Below are positions 10,096 through 18,957 of a DNA stretch of 55,070 bases, piece by piece (within the stretch, counting starts at the first letter, position 1; each line of letters begins with the position of its first letter). Under the pieces are notes generated by a model, which was not told the origin of the DNA, ran no database searches, and saw only the letters and a program-made list of their open reading frames with translations. The position numbers and the translations under genes are program-made. Origin of the DNA: Chloroflexota bacterium (lineage in GTDB: Bacteria; Chloroflexota; Limnocylindria; Limnocylindrales; CSP1-4); assembly GCA_034436475.1 (NCBI GenBank), contig DAOTUX010000275.1:1-55070 (forward strand), written 5' to 3'.

Positions 10096-10791
10096 GTGCA
10101 CCTCTCGACCAAGATCCGCGGCCTCGCGGTGGCGGCCTCCGCGGCTGCCCTGCTCATCGCCCCAGCGGTGACCGCCGCACATGGCAATCACCACCATCCG
10201 CGGTGGCATGCGAACCGGATCATCGGCACTCGAGGCGACGATGTCATCCACGCACGACGCGGAGGCGACACTGTCTGGGGCCTGGCCGGCAACGACGAGC
10301 TCCATGGCAACCGGGGTCGCGATTGGCTCTTCGGTCAAGTTGGTGACGACCAGTTGCTCGGGGGTCGGGGGAACGACCGCATCGACGGCGGGCCCGGCAA
10401 TGACACGATCCATGGTGGCCCACACAACGACCGCGCCATCGGAGGCGCGGGGAATGACTCGCTCTTCGGCGACGCCGGCAATGACCGGCTCTACGGCGGC
10501 GAGGGCGATGACACACTCGCTGGTGGGTCAGGCAACGACCGTCTCCATGGGGGCCCAGGTCTCGATGCGCTGAGCGGCGAGGGCGGCAACGACAAGCTCG
10601 TGGGCGGCAGGGACGCCGACACGCTCAACGGCGGTGCGGGCAACGACCGCATCTACGCAGCGGGCGACGGGGCGATCGACACCATCGACTGCGGCGACGG
10701 CAACGACCGGGCCGTGGTCGACCCGAACGACGTGGTGGTGGGCGGCTGCGAGGTGACCGTCATCCTCACCCCGCCGGCACCACCCGTCTGA
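10096..10791 (+). CDS. Secreted calcium-binding protein with RTX-type (hemolysin-type) GGxGxD nonapeptide repeats
   Basis: ORF 10087..10791. GGAGG at 10082-10086 favours the GTG at 10096. Signal-like [21 protein letters not shown], then more than 12 repeats such as [53 protein letters not shown]. Confidence 0.8.
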   Translation: MHLSTKIRGLAVAASAAALLIAPAVTAAHGNHHHPRWHANRIIGTRGDDVIHARRGGDTVWGLAGNDELHGNRGRDWLFGQVGDDQLLGGRGNDRIDGGPGNDTIHGGPHNDRAIGGAGNDSLFGDAGNDRLYGGEGDDTLAGGSGNDRLHGGPGLDALSGEGGNDKLVGGRDADTLNGGAGNDRIYAAGDGAIDTIDCGDGNDRAVVDPNDVVVGGCEVTVILTPPAPPV

Positions 10792-10844
10792 CCTCAACCC
10801 TGGCGGGCCCGCGCCGGGCACGCCAGCAACACCCGAACCTCTCG

Positions 10845-10876
10845 CGAGGCCCGCACGACCAGTGGTGCGGGCCTCG
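10845..10876 (+). terminator. GC-rich hairpin downstream of the RTX-repeat gene
   Basis: Perfect 12-bp stem: cgaggcccgcac (10845-10856) pairs with gtgcgggcctcg (10865-10876), with an 8-nt loop. No U-tract follows. Confidence 0.5.
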
Positions 10877-10967
10877 CCCCATGTCATGCGGTGACCCATC
10901 GGCCCGCCGTGCCCTGCGCTCGCCGTACACTGGCATGGTCCCGAGGCGAACGAGGAACCATCCCGAC

Positions 10968-12665
10968 ATGTCCCTGCCCTACGACCGACCCTCCGACCCC
11001 GCGAAGCGGCACTCCGCCGCGCTCACCGACGGCCCCGACCGTGCCGGCGCACGCGCCATGCTCAAGGCGGTCGGCTTCACCGACGATGACCTGGCCAAGC
11101 CGCTCATCGGCGTCGCCTCCGAATGGATCGAGACGATGCCCTGCAACCTCAACCAGCGGGACCTCGCGGCCGCCGTCAAGGAGGGCATCCGCGCGGCAGG
11201 CGGCACGCCCATCGAGTTCAACACCATCTCGGTGAGCGACGGCGTGACCATGGGCACCGAGGGCATGAAGGCCTCGCTGGTCAGCCGGGAGGTGGTCGCG
11301 GACTCCATCGAGCTGGTCGCCCGAGGGCACCTGTTCGACGGCCTCGTGTGCCTCTTCGGATGCGACAAGACCGGCCCCGGTGTCGCCATCGCCGCGGGTC
11401 GCCTGGACATCCCCACGGTCGCCCTGTACAGCGGCACCATCCTCCCCGGTCAGTACGCGGGCAGAGACCAGGACATCGTGTCCGTGTACGAGGCGATCGG
11501 GGCATTCGGCGCCGGCAAGATCCCCGCGGACGAGCTGTACGCCATCGAGTCGGTGGCATGCCCTGGTGCCGGCGCGTGCGGCGGCCAGTACACCGCCAAC
11601 ACCATGAGCATGGTCATGGAGTTCCTGGGGCTCTCGCCAGCCGGCCTCAACGAGATCCCCGCGGTGGACCCCCGGAAGCTGGATGCGGCCCGCCGGTGTG
11701 GTGCGGTCGTGATGGACCTGGTGCGACGCGACGCCCGCCCGAGCGCGTTCGTCACTCGCGCCTCGATCGAGAACGCCATCGCGTCGATCGCGGCGACCGG
11801 TGGCTCAACCAACGGCGTCCTCCATCTGCTCGCCATCGCCCACACCTTCGACATCCCGCTCGAGATCGATGACTTCGACACCATCTCCGCGCGGACGCCC
11901 ATCGTCGCGGACCTCCGACCCGGTGGCACCTGGCGCGCGCTCCAGTTGTTCGAGGCTGGCGGCGTGGGCCTGGTCGCCCGGGAGCTCCTGAAGGGCGGCC
12001 TCATCGATGGCTCGACGCCCAACGTCGATGGTCGGACCCTGGCCCAGATCGCGGATGCCGCGGTGGAGACACCGGGGCAGGTGGTGGTGTCCACGCTCGA
12101 CAAGCCGTTCAAGACCTCGGGGGGTCTCGCCATCCTGCGCGGCTCGCTCGCGCCCGATGGCTGCGTCATCAAGCTCGCGGGGCACGAGCGACGCCACCAT
12201 CGCGGGCCGGCCAAGGTGTTCGACTCCGAGAAGGAGTGCTTCGAGGCCGTCATGGCCCAACGCATCGTGCCCGGGGACGTGGTGGTCATCCGCTACGAGG
12301 GCCCGGTCGGTGGCCCGGGGATGCAGGAGATGCTGGCCGTGACCGGTGCCATCGTGGGCGAGGGCCTAGGCGACTCCGTGGGCCTGCTCACGGACGGTCG
12401 GTTCAGTGGTGGCACCCACGGCCTGATGATCGGCCATGTCGCGCCCGAGGCGGCGTTCGGAGGGCCCATCGCGTTCGTGCGCGAAGGGGACATGATCACC
12501 ATCGACGTGGACCGTCGGCGCCTCGACCTGGAGGTGGACGAGGCCGAGCTGGCACGTCGACGCGAGGGCTGGGCGCCACCGGCTCCCCGCTACACCCGTG
12601 GCGTGCTCGCCAAGTACGCGCGCTCCGTCTCGTCCGCGAGCAAGGGCGCGGTCACCGACCTCTAG
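10968..12665 (+). CDS. ilvD: Dihydroxy-acid dehydratase
   Basis: ORF 10881..12665, with the start moved to ATG 10968 ([37 protein letters not shown]...). Contains the CDKTGPG and GRFSGGTHG motifs. Confidence 0.93.
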   Translation: MSLPYDRPSDPAKRHSAALTDGPDRAGARAMLKAVGFTDDDLAKPLIGVASEWIETMPCNLNQRDLAAAVKEGIRAAGGTPIEFNTISVSDGVTMGTEGMKASLVSREVVADSIELVARGHLFDGLVCLFGCDKTGPGVAIAAGRLDIPTVALYSGTILPGQYAGRDQDIVSVYEAIGAFGAGKIPADELYAIESVACPGAGACGGQYTANTMSMVMEFLGLSPAGLNEIPAVDPRKLDAARRCGAVVMDLVRRDARPSAFVTRASIENAIASIAATGGSTNGVLHLLAIAHTFDIPLEIDDFDTISARTPIVADLRPGGTWRALQLFEAGGVGLVARELLKGGLIDGSTPNVDGRTLAQIADAAVETPGQVVVSTLDKPFKTSGGLAILRGSLAPDGCVIKLAGHERRHHRGPAKVFDSEKECFEAVMAQRIVPGDVVVIRYEGPVGGPGMQEMLAVTGAIVGEGLGDSVGLLTDGRFSGGTHGLMIGHVAPEAAFGGPIAFVREGDMITIDVDRRRLDLEVDEAELARRREGWAPPAPRYTRGVLAKYARSVSSASKGAVTDL

Positions 12666-12708
12666 CCGGTCGGCCGGGATGGCCATCGAGGGTGCCGGTC
12701 CGGAGTCC

Positions 12709-12734
12709 CGCCCGGCCCGATCACGCGCCGGGCG
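12709..12734. terminator. GC hairpin between convergent ilvD and the DUF59 gene
   Basis: Perfect 8-bp stem: cgcccggc (12709-12716) pairs with gccgggcg (12727-12734), with a 10-nt loop. No U-tract. Confidence 0.3.
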
Positions 12735-12828
12735 ACTTGCTGAGACTCCCCCTGTGGGAGCGAGACTGGCTACCGCGCCCGCAGGGTCAGGACGGCCGCC
12801 GACGTCCGCAGCCGCGGCGCGCCCGCCT

Positions 12829-13143
12829 TCAGGGCCTCCAGCCCAGTTGGCGCTTCGCCTCGTCGCTCATCATGCCCGGCGACCAGCGCGGCTGATGGGT
12901 GACCTCCACGTCCACCTGGTCGACACGCTCGAGGTCCAGCAACGCCCAGCGGATGGCGTCCGTCAGGTACGAGCCGAGCGGACAGGCCGGCGTGGTGGTG
13001 GTCATCAGGACGTACGCCGTCCCATCCGTCACCCGGACGTCATAGACCAGGCCCAAGGACACGATGTCGACACCCAGCTCCGGGTCGATCACGTACCGCA
13101 ACTGCTCGACGATGTCATCGGGAGCAGCCGGGCCACCCACCAC
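12829..13143 (-). CDS. DUF59 / Fe-S cluster assembly (SufT/MIP18-like) protein
   Basis: DIVEQLRYVIDPELGVDIVSLGLVYDV...MTTTTPACPLGSYL...VEVTHQPRWSPGMMSDEAK. The track ORF extends to 13404 (TTG), but those 87 extra codons are P/A/G-rich. GTG GTG at 13143/13140 sits just before the domain. The start is uncertain. Confidence 0.7.
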   Translation of the reverse strand: MVGGPAAPDDIVEQLRYVIDPELGVDIVSLGLVYDVRVTDGTAYVLMTTTTPACPLGSYLTDAIRWALLDLERVDQVDVEVTHQPRWSPGMMSDEAKRQLGWRP

Positions 13144-13379
13144 CTCCGCGAGAGTGGCAGGGGATCGGGGGCGCTCGGACGGCTCATCGGGGAGTGGCGC
13201 CCAGGGCACGGGCCGTGGGATCTCGCGCGTCGGAGCATCGGCCCCGCCACCCGCAGGCGACGCGCGACCGGATGCTGACCCGCCGACCCCAGTCGCGTCG
13301 CGGCCCACCGCTGGAACCGAGTCGGGTCCGGGCAGGTCTGCTGGCGTCGATCGATGGTCGGCAGGCGGCACGTCTGCTA

Positions 13380-13406
13380 TTTTACACGGATGGCACCGTG
13401 TCAAAA
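13380..13406. promoter_or_regulatory. AT-flanked inverted repeat (candidate operator/promoter element) in a divergent intergenic region
   Basis: tttt-ACACGG-atggca-CCGTGT-caaaa. The arms are at 13384-13389 and 13396-13401. On the minus strand it reads TTGACA-N14-TAAAAT. It ends 32 nt upstream of GTG 13438. Confidence 0.4.
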
Positions 13407-13437
13407 CGGCCGGCCATCGTGCCCAAGGAGGACGTGC

Positions 13438-14280
13438 GTGCCCACCGGTCCCGATCCGTCACCAACTCATGCGACCGCGCTGGAGGTCCTGGGCGCAGCC
13501 ATCTGCGAGGACACGGCCATCGTGCGCAGTCGCCTCGATGCGCTCGGGGTCGCCTATCGCTATCGCGACGTGGATCGCGATGCTGACGCGCTCGATCGAC
13601 TGCGCGCCCTCAACGAGGGCCATCGGATCACCCCGACGGTGATCCAAGGCCAGGTCGCGGTCGCCGAGCCCACCCTTGAGCGGCTGGGGGAGCTGATCGC
13701 CGCGATGGGGCCCCACGCAGAGGTGGCGGAGCCCGTGCAGCTGCATGGCGACATCACCGCATGGCCCATCCCGACCCAACGGCGACCGGCGGCTGACGGG
13801 TCGATGTTCGACCTCGGCTCCCTTCGTGGCCGAAGCCAGGTCTGCCTCTTCCTGGCGCACGGCCCCGACTGCCAGGCATGCTTCGGCTATGCGCGACAGC
13901 TGGCTGGGCAGCGCGAGGCCCTCGAGACGGCCGACGGGGCCCTCGTGGTGGTGACGCGGGCCCCGCGCAGGGCCGAGGGCGCGACGGCCACTGACGCCAA
14001 CCCAGAGGCACTCGACGAGTGGCGCCACGGCCTGCCCACCGCAGTCGTCCTCCTCCTGGACGCGGATGCCACATGGCACAAGGCCATCGCGACCCATCTG
14101 GGCATCCACCCGGAGGCCGCCTCGCTCGTCCTGCTCGATCGGTATCTCGCGCCACGTGTCGTCGCCTCGGCGACCGAGTCGGGCGGCCTCCCCGACCCAT
14201 CGACCGCTGCCTCCTGGCTGGGCTTCCTGGCGCTGGAGTGCCCCGAGTGCTCGGGCGAGCTCCCCTGGCCCACGGTGTGA
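13438..14280 (+). CDS. Glutaredoxin-like domain fused to a thioredoxin-fold (redoxin-like) domain
   Basis: AAGGAGG at 13425-13431 lies 6 nt before GTG 13438. The N-terminal region resembles mycoredoxin/NrdH (LDALGVAYRYRDVDRDADALDRLRALNEGHRITPTVI), but the usual CxxC position reads C-E-D-T. The second domain has CQAC (SQVCLFLAHGPDCQACFGYARQL) and the C-terminus has CPEC. Confidence 0.6.
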   Translation: MPTGPDPSPTHATALEVLGAAICEDTAIVRSRLDALGVAYRYRDVDRDADALDRLRALNEGHRITPTVIQGQVAVAEPTLERLGELIAAMGPHAEVAEPVQLHGDITAWPIPTQRRPAADGSMFDLGSLRGRSQVCLFLAHGPDCQACFGYARQLAGQREALETADGALVVVTRAPRRAEGATATDANPEALDEWRHGLPTAVVLLLDADATWHKAIATHLGIHPEAASLVLLDRYLAPRVVASATESGGLPDPSTAASWLGFLALECPECSGELPWPTV

Positions 14281-14292
14281 CTGGCGCGCGCG

Positions 14293-14889
14293 TCAGCGCG
14301 ATCGCTCGGACTTGATCAGGCGACCACGACGCGACATGGCACCGGATGCCAGCGCGGCCACGCCCATGGCGACCATCGCGCGGTCGGCCATCGGCAGCGG
14401 CCGGACCACCGCCAGGAACTGATCGGCGCGCGCACGGTCGAACGTGCCCAGGAGGGCGGTGCCCGCTGCCGTGGGGGTCACCAGCCGGACCCGTCGGTCG
14501 GCGACCTCCTCCACGAGGGTGACCAGGCCGCGCCGTACCAGGCCACCCACGATCCTGCTCGTGGTGGACGGCGAGCGCCCCAGGATCGTGGCCAGGTCAC
14601 CCACCGACAGACTCTCGGTGCCGGTGGTGGCGTACAGGACCGCGACATGGCTGAACCCCAGACCGTGCTCGCCCAGTTGCTGCGTGAAGCCGAGGAGCAG
14701 GTCACGCCAGATCGCTCGGAGCACCAGGATCCGGTCGGCGGGCAGACTGACGTTGGCGAGCTCGTCCCGGGCCGCCCGGACCACCGGGTCGAGGAGGTTG
14801 CTCCGTCGGTCAGCACCCACGGCACGGCCCCACGATCCTCGCCCGGCGCCAACTCGCAGGGGTGCCCGGCCTGTCCATGACCTGTGCAT
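14293..14889 (-). CDS. MarR family transcriptional regulator
   Basis: Winged-HTH pattern: LSVGDLATILGRSPSTTSRIVGGLVRRGLVTLVEEVADRRVRLVTPTAAG. The track ORF (to 15279) runs antisense into fabD, so I used ATG 14889. A later GTG is also possible. Confidence 0.75.
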   Translation of the reverse strand: MHRSWTGRAPLRVGAGRGSWGRAVGADRRSNLLDPVVRAARDELANVSLPADRILVLRAIWRDLLLGFTQQLGEHGLGFSHVAVLYATTGTESLSVGDLATILGRSPSTTSRIVGGLVRRGLVTLVEEVADRRVRLVTPTAAGTALLGTFDRARADQFLAVVRPLPMADRAMVAMGVAALASGAMSRRGRLIKSERSR

Positions 14890-15003
14890 GATCGCACACG
14901 ATCGCGGCAGACACCACCCCAGGACTGCTAGGGTTCGATGGACCGCACCGTGGCGGTCACCGTGTGCCCGGCATGTGACGTCGGTGATGGTCAGGGAGGG
15001 TCC

Positions 15004-15951
15004 GTGCGGATCGCATTCGTGTTCCCCGGGCAGGGGTCGCAAGCGGTGGGCATGGCCCACTCGCTGCGAGAGGGTCCGGATGCCGACGTCTTCGCGGCGG
15101 CGGACGCGGCCCTGGGCGAGGACCTCACCCGACTCATCGCGCACGGTCCTGCGGAGCTGCTCGACCGCACCGAGCACAGCCAGCCTGCGATCCTCGCCGC
15201 GTCCATCGCGCTCCACAGAGCCTGGACCAGGCGAGCAACGACAGTCGGCCTGCCCGCACCCGTGTTCCACGCGGGCCACTCCATGGGCCAGTACAGCGCC
15301 ATGGTCGCCGCAGGCGTCCTGGGGTTCGAGGACGCGGTCCGTCTGGTGCGCGAGCGTGGGCGCCTCATGCAGGCGACACCCGACGGATCCATGGCAGCCA
15401 TCATCGGCCTCGACGACGCCCGCCTGCCCGAGCTGGTGGCCATCGGCACCGGCGCCGGTGTGTTCACGGTCGCGAACCGCAACTCACCCGGTCAGGTGGT
15501 GGTGAGCGGCGAGGTCGCCGCCGTGCGGGCGGCCACCGACGCCGCCAAGGGTCTCGGCGCGAAGCGCGCCATCGTGCTGCCCATCAGCATCGCCGCCCAC
15601 TCGCCGCTCATGGCCACCGCCGCAGACGGGATGCGCGAGGCCATCGCGAGCGTTCCTTTCCACGACCCGTCGGTGCCCCTGCTCGCGAACGCCGATTCGC
15701 GTCCCTTGACCACTGCCGACGACTGCCGCGCCGAGCTCATCGACCATCTGACACGTGGCGTGGACTGGGTCCGCGCCGTGGAGACCATGCGAGCCGCGGG
15801 GGTCGACACGTTCATCGAGATGGGCCCTGGCAAGGTGCTCACCAACCTCATCAAGCGCGTGGACGCGAGCGCCACCGCGCTCGCCACGGACGAACCCACC
15901 GGACCGGGCGGATTGGCCGACCCGGCTGCCCTCCTCGCACCCACGGAGTAG
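15004..15951 (+). CDS. fabD: Malonyl-CoA:ACP transacylase
   Basis: GGGAGGG lies before GTG 15004. VRIAFVFPGQGSQAVGM, the active-site GHSMGQYSA, and NSPGQVVVSG. Confidence 0.92.
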   Translation: MRIAFVFPGQGSQAVGMAHSLREGPDADVFAAADAALGEDLTRLIAHGPAELLDRTEHSQPAILAASIALHRAWTRRATTVGLPAPVFHAGHSMGQYSAMVAAGVLGFEDAVRLVRERGRLMQATPDGSMAAIIGLDDARLPELVAIGTGAGVFTVANRNSPGQVVVSGEVAAVRAATDAAKGLGAKRAIVLPISIAAHSPLMATAADGMREAIASVPFHDPSVPLLANADSRPLTTADDCRAELIDHLTRGVDWVRAVETMRAAGVDTFIEMGPGKVLTNLIKRVDASATALATDEPTGPGGLADPAALLAPTE

Positions 15952-15958
15952 CCTCGCC

Positions 15959-17221
15959 ATGCGCAAGCCCGACCACACCCGCCGCGTCGCCGTCACGGGC
16001 CTCGGCATCGTGAGCCCCGTGGGCTCGGACATCCCGACCGCATGGGCGAACCTGGTGGCGGGCAACAGTGGTCTCCGGGAGATCACCTACTGGGATCCCT
16101 CCGCCACCGACTGTCGGGCCGCGGGCGAGGTCCACGACCTCGACCCCAACGTCTGGATGGACTTCAAGGCCGTGCGCCGCACCGACAAGAACGTGGTGTT
16201 CGCGGTCGCCGCCGCCAAGCAGGCGGTGGCGGACGCGGGCCTGGTCGTGGACGCGACCAACGCCGAGGAAGTGGGTGTCGTGTTCGGCTCCGGGGTTGGT
16301 GGCCCGGGCCTCATGGCGGACGCCATCGAGACCATGCGGACCAGACCGCGCTCCGTGAGCCCGTTCTTCATCGCCAACATGCTCCCGGACACGGCATCGG
16401 GCCAGATTGCCATCGAGCTGGGTGCCAAGGGCCCCAACATGTGCATCGTGACCGCCTGCTCCACCGGTACCAACAACATCGGCGAGGCCGCGGAGGGCAT
16501 CCGAAGAGGTGACTTCCACACCGTCATCACCGGGTCCACCGAGACCCCCCTGTACGAGGTGGGCTACGTGGGCTTCAGCAACATGCGGGGCATGGGGACG
16601 CCCCGCGAGGGTCGCCCTCTGACGGACATCTCGCGTCCCTACGACCGGTCACGCAACGGCTTCGTCCTAGGCGAGGGGGCGGGTGCGCTCGTGCTCGAGG
16701 ACTACGAGGTCGCCAAGGCGCGTGGCGCGCGCATCTACGCCGAGGTGGTGGGATACGGCTCGGCGGGGGACGCGTGGGACCTCATCCAGCCCGTGGAGCA
16801 GGGCGAGGGCACGGCGCGAGCCATGCGCTGGGCGCTCCAGCGCCACGACGTCCCGGCCGACCAGGTGGACCTCATCAACCCCCATGGCACGTCCACGCCG
16901 CTGGGCGACCTGCGCGAGTCACAGGCGATCCACGCGGTGTTCGGTGACCGCGCGAGCGAGATCGCGATCAGCGGCACCAAGTCCATGACCGGGCACCTGA
17001 TGGGTGCCGCGGGCGCCGTGGAGGGCGTGTTCACGGTGCTCTCGGTGCACCACCAGATCGCGCCCGCCACCCTCAACTACCAGGAGCCGGACCCGGAGAT
17101 CCCGCTCAATGTGGTCCATGGTGCGAGCAAGCCCATGGAGATCCGCTACGCCATGAGCGACAACATCGGTCTGGGCGGTCACAACGGCGCGGTGGTGTTC
17201 AAGCGCTACGACGGGGACTGA
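15959..17221 (+). CDS. fabF: 3-oxoacyl-ACP synthase II (KAS II)
   Basis: The ATG at 15959 lies 7 nt after the fabD stop. RRVAVTGLGIVSPVG, active-site TACSTG, HGTSTPLGD and GHLMGAAG (Cys-His-His triad). Confidence 0.92.
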   Translation: MRKPDHTRRVAVTGLGIVSPVGSDIPTAWANLVAGNSGLREITYWDPSATDCRAAGEVHDLDPNVWMDFKAVRRTDKNVVFAVAAAKQAVADAGLVVDATNAEEVGVVFGSGVGGPGLMADAIETMRTRPRSVSPFFIANMLPDTASGQIAIELGAKGPNMCIVTACSTGTNNIGEAAEGIRRGDFHTVITGSTETPLYEVGYVGFSNMRGMGTPREGRPLTDISRPYDRSRNGFVLGEGAGALVLEDYEVAKARGARIYAEVVGYGSAGDAWDLIQPVEQGEGTARAMRWALQRHDVPADQVDLINPHGTSTPLGDLRESQAIHAVFGDRASEIAISGTKSMTGHLMGAAGAVEGVFTVLSVHHQIAPATLNYQEPDPEIPLNVVHGASKPMEIRYAMSDNIGLGGHNGAVVFKRYDGD

Positions 17222-17245
17222 CCCGGGCGACGGCGGCGACGGCCG

Positions 17246-18412
17246 CTACTCCCGGCGGAAGCGGATGTCGCCCGGTGAGTCACCAGAGAGCGAGTCGTCC
17301 CACGCCTCCGCCCAGCGGTAGCTCGAGCCGGGTCGCACCACCGTGGCCAGGACGCGCCCGCCCGTGTGGGTGGTGACACGCGTGAACGTCGAGCCCCCGT
17401 TGGTGCTCTTGTAGCCCCGACCGGTCCCCGTCAGCGTCTCGATGCCACCGATGTCCACGGTGCCCAGCGCCACCAGGTCGCCCTTCATCGCGACCGTGGT
17501 CGCGAGCGCGCCCACCTCCGAGGCGTCCGGCAGGTTCCGAATCGTCCTGGCGGAGCCGAAGCTCACGCCCCGGTTCGTGCTGCGGCGGACCTTGAGGTCC
17601 GCGCCGTGCGTGTAGGCGATGACCACCTTGGAGCCATCCGCGCCCACCTTGGGCGTGGTGCCACCCGAGAACGTGCCGATGGTGGTCGTGCCGAGGCTGG
17701 TCAGCGTGCGCGCGGAGGTCGAGCCGACCCGGAAGCGTCGCAGCTTGAGGGTGCTGCCATGGAACCACGCCACATACACCCGGTCGGAGGTCGCGGCGAC
17801 CGCGAGCCCGCGGCCGGGCGAGCCCATGCCGAGGCTGAACCGCTGCGGGCTGGCGTCGTCCCCGGCGACCACGCCGGTCTCCAGCACCACCTTGTAGCCA
17901 TCGTCGATCCTCTCGAACCAGGCGACGGCCAGCTCGGAGTTGGCGACGCACGCCACGTCCGGCCTGCGGCCGATGTCGCCAACGCGGCTCCACGCGCGCT
18001 CGCCCTCGATGGGTGACGCGAGGTCGTTGGAGTGCGTGAGGATCATGCGTGTCTCGGCGTCCACACCGACCGCGTATGCGACGACCGCACGACCGTCACA
18101 CACCGCGGCCTGCGACTCGAGGTGCGGAGCATCGGCGCCGGCGGCGACCACGTCAGCGGCCCAGCCGGCGGTCGCACCGGCATCGGTGCTCCAGTAGAGG
18201 CCCACGACCCGCCAGCCACCCTGCTCCAGGTCCACGGTCAGCGCCAGCGCGGCGCCTCGTTGGGCGAGATCGGTCGTGTGACCGGCCCAGGGAGAGCCCG
18301 AGAAGTCCACGACCTCCACCGACGGCTCGAGCGCCATCGCCGGCGTCGATGCGAGCGTCAGGGCGAGCAGTGCGCTCGGGGTCGTCGCCCAGAGGGTCCG
18401 GGTGCGGCTCAT
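17246..18412 (-). CDS. Secreted BNR/Asp-box repeat (sialidase-like beta-propeller) protein
   Basis: ATG at 18412 (MSRTRTLWATTPSALLALTLASTPAMA signal). Asp-box-like motifs STDAGATAGW, STNRGVSF and STNGGSTF. Confidence 0.6.
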   Translation of the reverse strand: MSRTRTLWATTPSALLALTLASTPAMALEPSVEVVDFSGSPWAGHTTDLAQRGAALALTVDLEQGGWRVVGLYWSTDAGATAGWAADVVAAGADAPHLESQAAVCDGRAVVAYAVGVDAETRMILTHSNDLASPIEGERAWSRVGDIGRRPDVACVANSELAVAWFERIDDGYKVVLETGVVAGDDASPQRFSLGMGSPGRGLAVAATSDRVYVAWFHGSTLKLRRFRVGSTSARTLTSLGTTTIGTFSGGTTPKVGADGSKVVIAYTHGADLKVRRSTNRGVSFGSARTIRNLPDASEVGALATTVAMKGDLVALGTVDIGGIETLTGTGRGYKSTNGGSTFTRVTTHTGGRVLATVVRPGSSYRWAEAWDDSLSGDSPGDIRFRRE

Positions 18413-18576
18413 GTGCGTCCTCACGTCGATGGAGATGGGGATGGCGGCAGTGTCGCACCTCGCGCTCTGGGCGCCGGATGGGATCATCGGCCCATGCCGG
18501 CCCACCACGGGTACCAAGCGCGGGACGCCCCGGGCCGTCAGGGCCCTCGGAGCCGATCGAGTGCGATGATGCGAGC

Positions 18577-18957
18577 ATGAGCACTGCGAGCGGCACTGCG
18601 GCTCCCGTCACCGCAGCCTTCTACTACAAGGTCCGCTGGGGTCATCACGCCGAGTGGCTGGACCTCTTCCGACGCAACCATTGGCCCGTGCTCCAGGCGC
18701 AAGTCCGCGACGGCCGCCTGCTCGACGTGCGGCTGTACGAGCCACGGTTCCACGGCGACGGTCGCGCGGACTGGGACGTGATGGTGACCATCACGTACCG
18801 TGACTGGGCCGCCCTCGAGACCCATGACGACGCGGACATCAAGCTCCGGCTGTACCCGGACCAGGAGACCTTCCTGGCGGAGGAGCGCCGCCGGTTCGAG
18901 CTGCTCGAGGCGCACTGGGACGTGCCGCTCGTGGAACTGCCGCTCGCGCAGGGGTGA
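18577..18957 (+). CDS. Small hypothetical protein, possibly a dimeric alpha/beta-barrel (ABM/NIPSNAP-like)
   Basis: In-frame ATG 18577 within ORF 18049..18957. AAFYYKVRWGHHAEWLDLFRRNHWPVLQ...DVMVTITYRDWAALE. The fold assignment is a guess. The stop overlaps the next start (GTGA at 18954-18957). Confidence 0.5.
   Translation: MSTASGTAAPVTAAFYYKVRWGHHAEWLDLFRRNHWPVLQAQVRDGRLLDVRLYEPRFHGDGRADWDVMVTITYRDWAALETHDDADIKLRLYPDQETFLAEERRRFELLEAHWDVPLVELPLAQG

Noticed and set aside
10230-10700. 27-nt periodicity
   Set aside because: It is explained by the RTX nonapeptide repeats (GGxGxDxLx) of the coding sequence.
13144-13404. 87-codon N-terminal extension of the DUF59 ORF (TTG 13404)
   Set aside because: The translation is Pro/Ala/Gly-rich and outside the domain. 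The extension would also swallow the divergent promoter region and the palindrome. I cannot exclude it, so the start is flagged as uncertain.
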